This document shows positions 50,165 to 61,453 of a DNA stretch of 64,000 nt, in pieces (position 1 is the stretch's first letter; each line of letters starts with the position of its first letter). Source of the stretch: Botryllus schlosseri (Eukaryota); assembly GCA_051294905.1 (NCBI GenBank), contig CM119372.1, positions 19,656,001-19,720,000 on the forward strand. Reading direction: 5' to 3'. Under the pieces are notes generated by a model. It was not told where the DNA came from, did no database searches, and worked only from the letters and a program-made list of their open reading frames with translations. Position numbers and translations under genes: made by a program.

Positions 50165-50416
50165 GTCTAGACATCACCATTACCAATTCAACGGTTATGA
50201 GCGTTGCATCTACGATAAAGCCTTTTCGAATTCATCGCGTTAGTGATGTCTGGTTCGCTTGTCCAATACATTGCACATCCTCACAGCTGGGTTAGGCGGT
50301 AATGACAAGTAGAACAAATAGCGAGGTACATAAAAATGAATTCCATTACGATTTCAAACGCCTGGAATACGCATGTGAGAACACGCTGATGCGATGAAAA
50401 GTGCGATCGATCGAAC

Positions 50417-50539
50417 CTGTGACAGTGCCCCAATTTTTCCAGTTGGACTCTCCAGTTTTGAGCTTCAGCTTTCGCTTGATGTTCTTGCCGGACTGACAAT
50501 CGTATTCGCTGTTGTGCTTCCTCGTAATCTTTCTGCAGT
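50417..50539 (-). CDS. Orphan coiled-coil gene, exon 3
   Basis: Acceptor tctcattcggtcag|. Encodes LQKDYEEAQQRIRLSVRQEHQAKAEAQNWRVQLEKLGHCH, phase 2/2, with donor AG|gttcga. Confidence 0.7.
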
Positions 50540-51726
50540 CTGACCGAATGAGACGACAGGCTTGGCGATCGATCTAGTGTCATGTGACGCAATTCATTTT
50601 GACTGGCCCGTATTACAACTAGGACGCGACCTCGCCATACAATCCGCGTAAGCGGTGTTATTAAAAAAATGCCTAAAAGTGGGTCGTGCTACAAGTCGGC
50701 ATTTACGAAATCATAATAGAGAACGTCTACCTGGTGTAAATGACCATTGTAAAATGTGTTTTTTATTAAACTATTTCCAATTCTACATAACAGTGCTGTA
50801 GGTAAAAGTAATTACATTTTGTAATATATAAAGTAGTTTTGGGGCATGTTTGCATAAACGTTATGGGTGAAATTGTCATACCAAAAGTCCCTGGACCACG
50901 GTAACTGAATTTAGTTTCGAAAATCGCACCTTTGTATAGCGTTATTAATCATTTTGAGTTAGTCGCGAACCTGAAATTTCAAAAGTAAGTCAATCCCGAT
51001 TACCTGCAAAAAGTATCCAGCCCCTCGACCTAATCTCCTACTACTTCATCTTATACTTCCACTAGAAATAGTTTTACATGCCTTCGAAATCGTTGTTCAC
51101 TTCTACTTGTATACCAATAACGAATTCTTTAACCACTCCTGTGTTTTTAAACATATTCCACTAGTACGACAGAAGTCATTGAGGCTATATACTTCACCAT
51201 TGACAATTTAGATTATATTTTGTCCAGTAGGAAATCATATTTCGTTGGGTGTTCAGCCCCCGGCACGGCAAGAGCATATGATTTCGAAACTCATACCTTA
51301 TTCGTGGGGCCAATATAGTCACTCTGCGTTAATAGTAAAGATACATCTGGGAAATTGCCTGCAATTGACAAACATATGTCAGCGATGCATCGTCTTATTA
51401 TATCTTAAAAAACTAGATACTTGAGAGTAGTTTTCAGACTACATGCTTACTACTTCGAGGAGTTGGGTATGACTTGAGAGTCGCTAATTCTATCCTTGGG
51501 ATCTAGTAAATTATACTTTAATATCACCAACGACTGACCACACCTGTGAAATATTGCCTACAACCAAATTCACTGTCATTAAAGAGCTCTCTTCAATTGA
51601 AGAGGCTGCTGCATGTTGGGCCTCGTGATTTTGACATTACCGAAATAGTGACGCCACATCTAACTGTGCCTCCTATATCCAATATTCAGATGACTTCTGT
51701 TTGTCCGCAGCCGTGGTGGAACGTAC

Positions 51727-51865
51727 CTCTCTTCTTCTTTCTTCCATTCATCAACCATCGCCGTTAAGTCTTTAGCGTGTTGAATATTTCCGTTTCCGGC
51801 TTTGCATTCTACCGCTTTCGACTCTTGTTCCGAGGACATTCCAGATGCACGTGCGTTTGAATTCC
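51727..51865 (-). CDS. Orphan coiled-coil gene, exon 2
   Basis: Acceptor gttgattatag|. Encodes NSNARASGMSSEQESK...DLTAMVDEWKKEEE, phase 1 in, with donor AG|gtacgt at phase 2. Confidence 0.68.
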
Positions 51866-52549
51866 CTATAATCAACATTATCATCATACATCACGCTGCG
51901 TCACACGATGACTTGGCCTGTTTCGTGGTGGTAATGGTTATGGACAAATAACATGGGGCATTATACACACCTTCGAGAACAAGGGAAATTAGATCACATG
52001 CCCTGTTACACACGGACCTATTTTCTCAAGAGCAGTAGCTCTTATACTTTTTGACAAATTCACCCGCTATAACAAAATCAAAAAACATTGAAAACAGCAT
52101 TTGAGCTGTTTGTAATAAAATTACATGGTTGAACTATAGTATATTCAATTATTCGTATACTATTCAATTGTATATTGAAGTTCTGTACCGCCTTGAAGCT
52201 CTTCAAAAACTCAGACTCGATTGGGATATGCGTTCATCCGCTTCATGTTTAGATGTATATATTTTAGTATTTATTAGCAAACATAGAAAGCTGCTTTCAC
52301 GTGGTGTTCAGTAAGTCGATTAATTTTTCAGGCACGCAAATACCCAGAACAGGGGGTTTCAACCTGTGAGCCGTGACTCGTGAACTCGTGAGCCATAGAG
52401 CTTGCATATAGTCAGGATTACAATTCGCATCAGCGCCTAGAAGTGGGCCGTGCTACAAGACGGTAAATACGGAATCAAAAATATAGTATAACGGCCTGGT
52501 GTAAAATGGCCAATGTAGTCGAAACACTATGAATATAAAAAAAAACAGT

Positions 52550-53764
52550 TCGGGCTGGTAAAATTCAAGTACCTGAGTGATTCGATTCTGAATCAGGCTT
52601 CGACCTGGATCGGCTAATCGTGTAACAATCATAATAACGCCACAATAGTATAAATGATGCGGAAAGTTCAAGTACGTAGGCTACTTTTCATGCGACCACA
52701 AACTATAATGCCAGTTCTCACCACATGATGATAATTTGGCAGTTTTTGGCATACCAACTACATTGCACTTTGTGGCAATGCCGTGGGTTATTCACGATTT
52801 CACAGATATGTCATTCCACTAACGTGCTTCTAGTTGAGAAATTAAATTTTAGTGTCAACGAGCGTATAATTTCAGTACTCGAAAATAGGCCATCTGGTGG
52901 CTTTCAGAGGAAAATGGCTGCAAATTGGTTTTCACACTGTCAACTTTACTTTGAGATCGCATGATGTTTAGAATACCGTGCCCTTTTAAGTATGGCGATA
53001 TTGAGCTGATCCAAATGCTCCAAAATTTAAAATTGTTTCGGGGATCCTATTTCGAGACGTATGCTATACCATACCAAACTAATTTCCCGACCAGGTTTGA
53101 TCGACAAAGCGAATAAGAATGCGGATAATGCCCGCCGGCACAGTGAAATACGTGGGGCAGAAGCCAGAAGAGACCTCAAAGAAAAACTTCGCTTCGTTGA
53201 AGCAGAGTTGCAGAACCTGACTGAAAAGATGTCAACCTCTGGAATAATTGACGGTATCTCTTCATCCCCGGGCGTATATGGCTCACATTATGGCAGTAAA
53301 CGCAATTACTTCGCAAGGAAACGAGGATCAAGCGTCAACGAACCCCCACACGATAAGCGACGGACACACTCTCGATGTAAAATTGAGGCTATGCATTCTG
53401 GAGACTTTCCATCTGAAGCGTCGCTCCCGACTCCCGAGGCATATTTTATTCGACCCTGCCGCAGCAATTCTGTGGGCTGCTCACCACTTCAGAGATGTTG
53501 TGGGTAGGTCGATACTTCACGGATATGCCATTACGTGCGTGGATCTTTACTATACATGGTTCGTATGCAGCGATGCGACCAATCGAGGTTTACACCCTTA
53601 CACTGCCGAAAATAGTATTGAAATCATAATTTGCGTTGATAAATCAACTCATTAGTAGCGTATAATTTCAGTACTCGAAAAATCATCTCTCATAGCTCGA
53701 CTACAATCATAAAAATTTATAATAAACTCAGATTCGAGTTGTCGAATTGTTGTTCCAAGCCCTA
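52550..53764. mobile_element. Old MITE of the 6727-7243 family enclosing a captured gene fragment
   Basis: The left part 52550-52885 (GGGCTGG..AGTACCTGAGTGATTCGATTCTGAATCA) and the right part ~53555-53764 (..CAGATTCGAG..AAGCCCTA) align to 6727-7243. No intact TSD. Confidence 0.7.
52985..53415 (+). pseudogene. Inverted partial duplicate of the orphan gene's intron 4/exon 5 junction
   Basis: Reverse complement of ~42401-42828. The exon part (321 nt) has ~42 substitutions, no indels and no stops by manual alignment. Confidence 0.9.
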
Positions 53765-55931
53765 GTTACCGTACCGTCCTTATTTATAAGTTTTGTCCTT
53801 ATTTGGAAGGACAATACATTATGGTAATGAGGCCGTGATGAGCGCTTGATCACGCGAAAGGGATGACCCCTATTAAAAACTAGGAGCTAAATCTTTTCTT
53901 TAGTGTTCCAGCTTCCCAAATAGCACGATTAAGCTTTCATTGAAAGTTGCTGAAGGGGGCATATTTTCATTAATTTAATGGGTCATAAGATAAAAAATTT
54001 AAACCAGAGGCCTAGAAGTATACGGCTTGTGTGATCAACACGTTGCATAACTATACGAAGCGATACCATTTGGCAAACATGTTGAAATTTGGCGCGGATT
54101 GTTAACAATAGGGCATGTACCGCTCGAAATTCCTTATCAGTCATACACTGAGTACTTACGGTCTGCGTCAAAGTATGCGCTCTAAAGGTGTGATATTCTC
54201 CACATCGTATCCTAATTGAGCATACCAGGACTGTCTACTTTAACGGTGTAAACGTGTAAACAATATAGTTTCAAAGCTCTGTTAGTTACATTCGCAAGGC
54301 AAATTATACATTGCATGTCACGAAGCGTTATAACGAAAACTTTGCACCTGTCTTCACACTCCGGTAAAAGGAAATCGGTTATATTTATTTCGACTTGAAG
54401 GTGCCTTCTGGTTGGTCCAAATTCATAATAATCAACGGTTCTGTTATTTTCATTCGCTCGAAATCGAGTGTCGGTGTATGTGATATTACTAATTACTAAT
54501 GATTATTGACGTTGCTGAACACGTTGGAGTTTCAGCATAACTCAAACTCATTCCGTTCTCAAGAATGCATCATTGCTGTCAGAAGGTTTTGCGAAGCCAT
54601 ACAATCTCGACGTTTCAAAAGAATGATCCGGCGATCTCAAGAAACGAAAATGAGCATGCCTATTATGTTCTGTGCAGCTTTCACATATACCTCAACCTTT
54701 AACAGAGTAACTTTCTCTACATGGGTTCAAGCTGCTCGTGGTTGTGCGTTGTGTGAATGTGTCAAAAACTGATTTCACATTACGAAATGGATTAGTTATT
54801 GCAAATTGAAAACGAGGAATGTTTATGCAAAAATTTTACAACTTGGCTTTATAGTTCTAATCAGGACCAGGCCGCACTGTCACTAGCAAAGTAATCACTG
54901 GGCGTAATCGCGTAAATCCTGGGCTTTCGTTGAAATTAAAATAAATAAATATCTAATCTGTTTACAGCCTTGTTACAACAACTTGTTAAGAATCACGGAT
55001 ATACTTAATGATTGCTATCGATAAGACCATGTTAAGACATACCGCCAGTCGATTTCTCCAATAAACCCCAAACGGTTTGATAAGTCTCAATCAACATTCC
55101 TTGAATATCATCGGAACCCCAACGACTGTCCGATGACTCACCCGATCAAAATTCTACGGGGGGACTATTAAGGTTTAGTAATTGAAATATTATGTATCCT
55201 AAGTAAACTGATTACGGGGTAGCGCCATACTGTGTCCATTACTCAAATAATTATAATGTCTGGGATGCGCCTCGTGTGACACGATGTAAGAGAGAACAGC
55301 ATGAATAAATAGCATTTTATCAAGAGACCAATAGCAGTTGGAATTGTTGCGTAGTGCCGTGTTTGGTGACATGCAGCGCTAAACAACCCGAGAATCGTTT
55401 TGCTGGCGCATGCCCAAAACATGTTTTCAAATACTACTGATTTTGAATAGTGTGTTCATATTGAAATGAACCCGAATGTTTTCGGCTGACACTCGTCAGG
55501 GGTAATCGTCAAGTGTTAGGCGAAAATATTCGGCTCATTTCAATATGAATATATACTATTCAATTGTATATTGAAGTTCTGTACCTCCAAGAAGCTCTTC
55601 AACTAATGATTTTATTAATATCTTTCTTTACATTACGGACTTAGGTTGGTGTTAGCGTGTATCAATGAAATATTCGAAGAATGAGTGAGGGGTGTCTACT
55701 TTCTACATATCGATCTATTTTTAGAATTGTTTAATGTATATGCATAATATTGTTATACACGAATGATTAATTGGGCGATGGGTTATCTTAATGAGGAGAT
55801 TCGAGTCTGCATGATCATCATTAGCATTGTCACAGTTATATCACAACAGTTTCCACGCACACAGATTTTCCACCGGTTAGCTTACCCGCCATAATTTCCA
55901 TATCCAATACGCATATATATATTTTACTCAC

Positions 55932-56283
55932 TGTTGTGGCATTCCTTCCAAATTGACCCAGTGGTTTTGCTGGTAAAGCTGGGATTTTTCGCAGATGAAA
56001 ACTTGTTCTTTGCTGTACTGCAAATTTTAGTGTTGCTTGAATGAGGGTTCTTTTTCTCGCGCGACATACCCTTCTTTTGAAAATTGCTATATGCGGTACT
56101 TCCATTGTTCGACTTCTTTGTGTCAGCATTTGCCTTGGACTTACTAAAGATCCGCCTACTGTTTGAAGTTGGATGGCCAACAGCAGTCGTGCCGCGACTC
56201 TTTTCATTTTTATTTTTCGACTTCACTGATATTTCAGATCGGCCTTTTGTGTGTTTGACGGTTCTAGATTCTGCATTTCCCAT
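55932..56283 (-). CDS. Orphan coiled-coil gene, exon 1 (MGNAES start, K/S/N-rich)
   Basis: Open 352-bp frame from an ATG, with an MGxxxS myristoylation-type start and a canonical donor A|gtgagt at phase 1. Confidence 0.7.
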
Positions 56284-59200
56284 TACACGCCTCTTGCGAA
56301 CTCATACGACCGACCAATCTAAAAACATTACGAAAATACTACTATGACGAACTAATACCATGTTACCAGCTCTTCGTGAAACGTTTGGTATAAGATTTTA
56401 CAGTTCGCTATTCATCTTTTCACATCCAAGTATCTTTCAAAAGGCTATCCTTTTTCATTCTTGTGTAGTGACAAGAATATCAGAGAGCTCTCAAGAAAAG
56501 CTGAACAAGTTTTGTGGGTATTTATTGGCGTTACTCAAAAGAGATTAGACGAATTGACATCCCTCAAAGCAAGCGTTTGGCCGACGAGGAGTAACTTAGA
56601 AGAGTGATTAACTAAAGTGGGACTTATTTCCAAACGAAACGTGGATACTTTTGAAATATAGTTACCATATCATATTTGAGATTTTACAAATTCTCCGCCA
56701 TTCATTATTGAGACAGTGTCAAGTTAACACACGCTGCACTGTTGCATCTTTTATAGTGTTCCAGTATAAGCAATAACGACGTTTGCTGTTATTGCATTTT
56801 CAAGCTTATCCTAAACTGATAATTGATATATTAAAACAAATAATTAAATTAAATTGAAAGTCGGGCATCCCGCGATTTAGTCATATGCCTGGGCTCATCA
56901 CGAGAGTCACATAGGTTCGAGTATTGAGTCATATTCATTCGGGAATAAATTTAATAATGTATCAACGTGTCAAAATAACAGGGGAAATTCCTAGTCTACC
57001 ACGTGTACGTTTTAAATATGGCTTTTCACTTCTAGAGAAGACATAAAACGTGTTTCAATCAGCTATGGAAGTACCGCCGAATGCTAAGCATACCCTCACA
57101 TATTCGGGATCTTTTCTGACAGCTTTTGGTTCGGCCGGGTTTACCAGGGCTTAACAACGAGCCCTGCAGTACCATCAACACATAGCACATGGCACATTCG
57201 GCGTTGGATTTCAACCGGGTGCACCGTAAGTTTTCAATAGAGTACCAACTCTTATGGGGTGTACACTGTACAAGGGTGTGTCAGATACAGCAAAACGACA
57301 GGCTGGCGACTCGGGCTCACGTGAAACTGACAACTTGTAGCGGGGCTGTGATTAGGAATGGGCGAGGGTGATGACATTTTTTTAGTCATCCGATGCTGCC
57401 CACTAGCTAATCACGACTGGGGTATATAACGTTTGTGTAAGCGTGAAAAGTGTGTCTCAAAAGGGTTGACAAGCAAGCACTGCCCTGCAAGTTGCAAATT
57501 ACCGTGCGATATGCTACTACCATTCGACTACATCACATCACATCAGTGGTGGGAGAGACCACTGGGTCGACCAGACCAAAAAAACTAATCAAAGGCAATG
57601 GCGTACCACGGGGGACGAATGCCGCTCCTAATTTCCTTCGGCGTCACAAACGTTTTCTCCGTAAAATTGATCCGTGACGTAACTGTATTATTTACCGAAT
57701 CGACAATAATTATTCTGTAGCGTACAGTTTCAATAGGGCACGAAACAAATCTTGCGATACAAATTACGATGTACCCAATCGGTATGATGTCGTACCTCAC
57801 CAATTACCTGGTTATAGGTCGGTAGTAATGAATCAAGCAAACCCCGTCTAAGTGACTGGTATAAACCTAGTGTAAAACTAATGATTACACATGCCGAAAA
57901 ACTTGAAATCACAACAACATCACAGTACTTGCATCTCTTAGCTCCACCCCTACAGTCAATGTGAAAACCACAAAGAATGAGTATGTGGTGAAGGAGTTGA
58001 CTGTTCTGTTCAAGTATAGTGTGCAGACTATGCAGTGTGCACATTGTGCAACTACAGATAAGCTTTTGGCTTTCTCGTGTCAACCAATCTCGCGTGTGGA
58101 TATCATGAGTAATTTGACACGATCATTAGACATACTTCGGCGAAACATTTCTCTTTTACTGAAATACGATATTTCGCATTCCTACTATAGCGATATGCGT
58201 CTGCAACTCGTCACTGTCGGAATTTAATCGACTGGTAGCTGTCCGAGCCAGTAAAACCAGCATGGTTCCGGTTGCGCGCTGCAGGTAAATAGATCAAACC
58301 ATGTCCGACGTACTCGTGACATGGGTGTTGTATTTCCGAGACGTGAAGAACTGAGTCACAGTCTGTGCATTCGATATTGCATGTGTACTCTATACTACAT
58401 TCCACAAGTCTGCCAATATCTTATTGTAATGTACACGATATGATAATACCCGATAACCCTGGTAACCTTCGCATAGATCATCTCGCCGTGGCTTGAATCA
58501 GTTGCAGCAAATGGACACTCAACGATGCAACTATCACACGATAAAATCACATTATCGTGATTTCAAACTGATGAATAATTTTGTGCCGGTGAATAAGCTG
58601 AAAAAAGATGATTATTGGTCGGTATGAATTTAGTGTTTCAGATTAAGGTAATTTACTAGTCAGTGTCATTAATCTTATTAGAGTGCAATATTCATCATTA
58701 CCTGCTCTCACATTTTGCCATTCCCAACCTGAATTTCTACCAAACGACCAGGTGTATCGACGATAGCATATCAGCCAACTTACATGGGCATTATTAGAAA
58801 ACGCCGTTGTCGGGCGACCGTCACAGCTCTCAATTATTATTATTATTATTACACCAGTTTTAAGAGGGGTCGATTATTACGTAAAACAAAATTGATGTTT
58901 CCGAATGCGAGCGGAGAAATGTTATTCCGTAGGGTTCCGATCCCTGTCGGGCGTGACGCGGCTCGTGCCAGCGTCTTTGATCTCGTCAGATAAAGGGTGC
59001 CGAGAACGAGCGGGCGGATTTGTGGAGATAATCCCACTGCGTCAATCTTTTGTAAGGATCGTGTTTTTCAGGGAGTTAAGTTACTGGTTGTAGAGTTTGT
59101 AGTGGTGCGAAAGCGTGGTTCGAAAATTGTAGCGTAGTTCGTTTCTGTGCGGTACGTTACTGCTATAATAACAGTCGGGGACGAGTATATAATACGGGCA

Positions 59201-60537
59201 ATCGAGCGTACCTACAAAAGGTCAATTTACGTTGACAGTAATAGCTTCGTAACGCAGATGTGTGAGAATATAAAATAGCGCGTGAATATTCAGGCCATTT
59301 ATTCGAAATGGCGTGCCATGGGTCAGGTAGCGATTAGTTGTGTAATCTTGAGCAGGAAGTAAGCCAAGCTACTTTGCGATAGTAAATCACGGCTCGTTAC
59401 CCTGGTCCCAATGATGTGGATATCTGCAACGTTTTTTCCAAGAGAATTACTTTACCAAGTTACGCTGTTTTAGTCATTGCCACAAAATCTGCGTCTATTT
59501 CGCTATACCGTGGTGCATTTTCCAACGCTTTCCTACCACAAAATAGTTTTCCTCAAACATTTGATCTTAAATCTTGCACACTTGCGACCGCTATTGCGTT
59601 TCGCGGTTCGGGAATTTCTCTTACTCACACTTTCATGGTTTTTATGACCGGGATATGAACCCCGTGACTATAATTGGTGCATAGTTCGGCGGAGAGACTA
59701 AGTTACCGATGGGTGTTACGGATTGGTAAATATCGATGGGTAGATCCCGGATTCTGACTCATTAATATTTGAGCATTTTACTAGGAACGGGTGACTTCCA
59801 GCAGTTTTGGTATTTGAAACATTTGGTATATTCAATGACAAGGTTTGGTTATCTAATAATTAATAATCAAGTTGAAATCTTTGGTCGCCGCTGAATCGAT
59901 TGTGGCCGGGAGAGACGAAAGCGAGACATATCATTAGGTTTGGTAAGCGCAAGTTTGAGAATGCTATTTAGACGAACAATTTCGTAGTGAATGTTGAGGT
60001 ATTCCGATTACGGTATCATCTGTCCTTTGACAATTAGACTGTCATCAATGCTCGATGTACTTGATTCAAAACAGAAAACGGAAACTTCCTTTCGAGCGAT
60101 CAGGCCAATGATGACTTGAAGACAGATTGGATCGTACTGAGTGAAGGAGAACGAGACTCTCATTGCAGCGATTCAATCTGTATTTGGAAAGCCACCGAAG
60201 GACCGTAAACTCTTAACTCGTTTAATTGTCATTTTATTCCGAGTTCGATTGGCGAAAGAGCGTACCGCTGAAGAATTTAGAAAGATGAAAATTTATACAC
60301 TACCAGAAGCTTTAGTAATAACCGCTTTGCCATGCAGCCAGAGTATTTTACATAGTACCCTGGATTATTAAGTAATCGACTGGGAAACGAAAACTGTTTA
60401 GTTTAGTCGTCTTGTGTTGTTATAATATGTAGCCTTATAGCGTTATGCGCGGTCTACTATATCTCCGTTTTAGCAGCTTTGAAAATTAACTTTCTCATCC
60501 GAATGTAGGTTTGCGAATGCTGAACTAATAATACGCA

Positions 60538-60915
60538 ATGGAATTATCGGAAAAAAGAAGATCGATATGTCTAAAGCCGCGTGAATTTAACAACGGATTA
60601 CCTTGCGTGCCAAACTTTAGACATTGTACCGAGGCTTGCCTGTCAGTGTCCACCTATGCACGATTGAGAAGTACCAGGCTGAACTACGGCTGCATTATGG
60701 TGTGGATAGCATGTTGTGTTTCTATGACGGTTGGTGTTCACGCAACGGAACTTCAAAGAGAAAGCGACGCATCAAGACATTTAGTTCAACACGTGTATCA
60801 AAGTCACAAGAAACCAGCGGCGTATCTGAATCAGATCGCAGTAAACTTGGATATTAACGACGACCAACTTGCCGTAGCGCTTGCATCCAAATACGGACTT
60901 ATCTTCAAGGGCCAA
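60538..60915 (+). CDS. Subtilisin/kexin-like proprotein convertase (furin/PC5/PACE4-like), coding exon 1
   Basis: Hydrophobic signal-like IMVWIACCVSMTVGVHA, then the S8 prodomain YLNQIAVNLDINDDQLAVALASKYGLIFKGQ. Donor |gtgagt. Confidence 0.87.
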
Positions 60916-61153
60916 GTGAGTATTTCACTATATCAAGATCTTCGTAAATAATGAAATGAAGGATTACGACCGGATATTGGAAAGTCAATGCCATCCATTA
61001 CATTATGACAAACATGTCACGCTCAAAGCGCCGCTTTGAAGATTCCTTCTGTAATTATGATGCGCGACGCGATAATTACACATCTTCATAATAAGCGGCT
61101 TCCCATCTCTCGAGATGCGACCGTCATATAATAGCAGTATTATGTCTGAATAG

Positions 61154-61264
61154 ATCAAACCCTTGAACGGGTGGTATCTGTTTGAGGACAAGCGGATAAC
61201 CAAACGCTCCATCAGTGCGGCTCATCGATCCCTTTCAATGACCAGACTCCAAAACGACCGACAC
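61154..61264 (+). CDS. Proprotein convertase, coding exon 2 (prodomain)
   Basis: Acceptor gaatag|. IKPLNGWYLFEDKRITKRSISAAHRSLSMTRLQNDRH includes the internal KRS site. Donor |gtaagg, phase 0/0. Confidence 0.88.
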
Positions 61265-61324
61265 GTAAGGGCGTAGGAATGGAAATTGCTCAATGCCGAA
61301 AACGTTTATGCTGTTTTAATTCAG

Positions 61325-61453
61325 GTTATGGTGGCAGAAAGGTTAAAGGCGTTGAAACGAGTTCGCAGAAATCGTCTCCCTACTCTGTCTCGAGACCGCA
61401 CTGCACCATTAGTAAATCCGAACGACCCCGCTTGGAGGCGGATGTGGTACATG
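61325..61453 (+). CDS. Proprotein convertase, coding exon 3 (activation site plus start of catalytic domain)
   Basis: Follows a 60-bp intron. VMVAERLKALKRVRR/NRL...NPNDPAWRRMWYM has the RxRR autocleavage site and the NDP.W..MWYM motif. The gene continues beyond the window. Confidence 0.9.

Noticed and set aside
51297..51358. Extra minus-strand exon (GNFPDVSLLLTQSDYIGPTNK)
   Set aside because: It has plausible splice sites, but its phases (1 in, 0 out) do not fit between exons 2 and 3.
53061..53507. Independent plus-strand paralogous gene
   Set aside because: Homology stops abruptly at 53415, its ATG lies in copied intron sequence, the substitution pattern is near neutral and it is enclosed by MITE halves.
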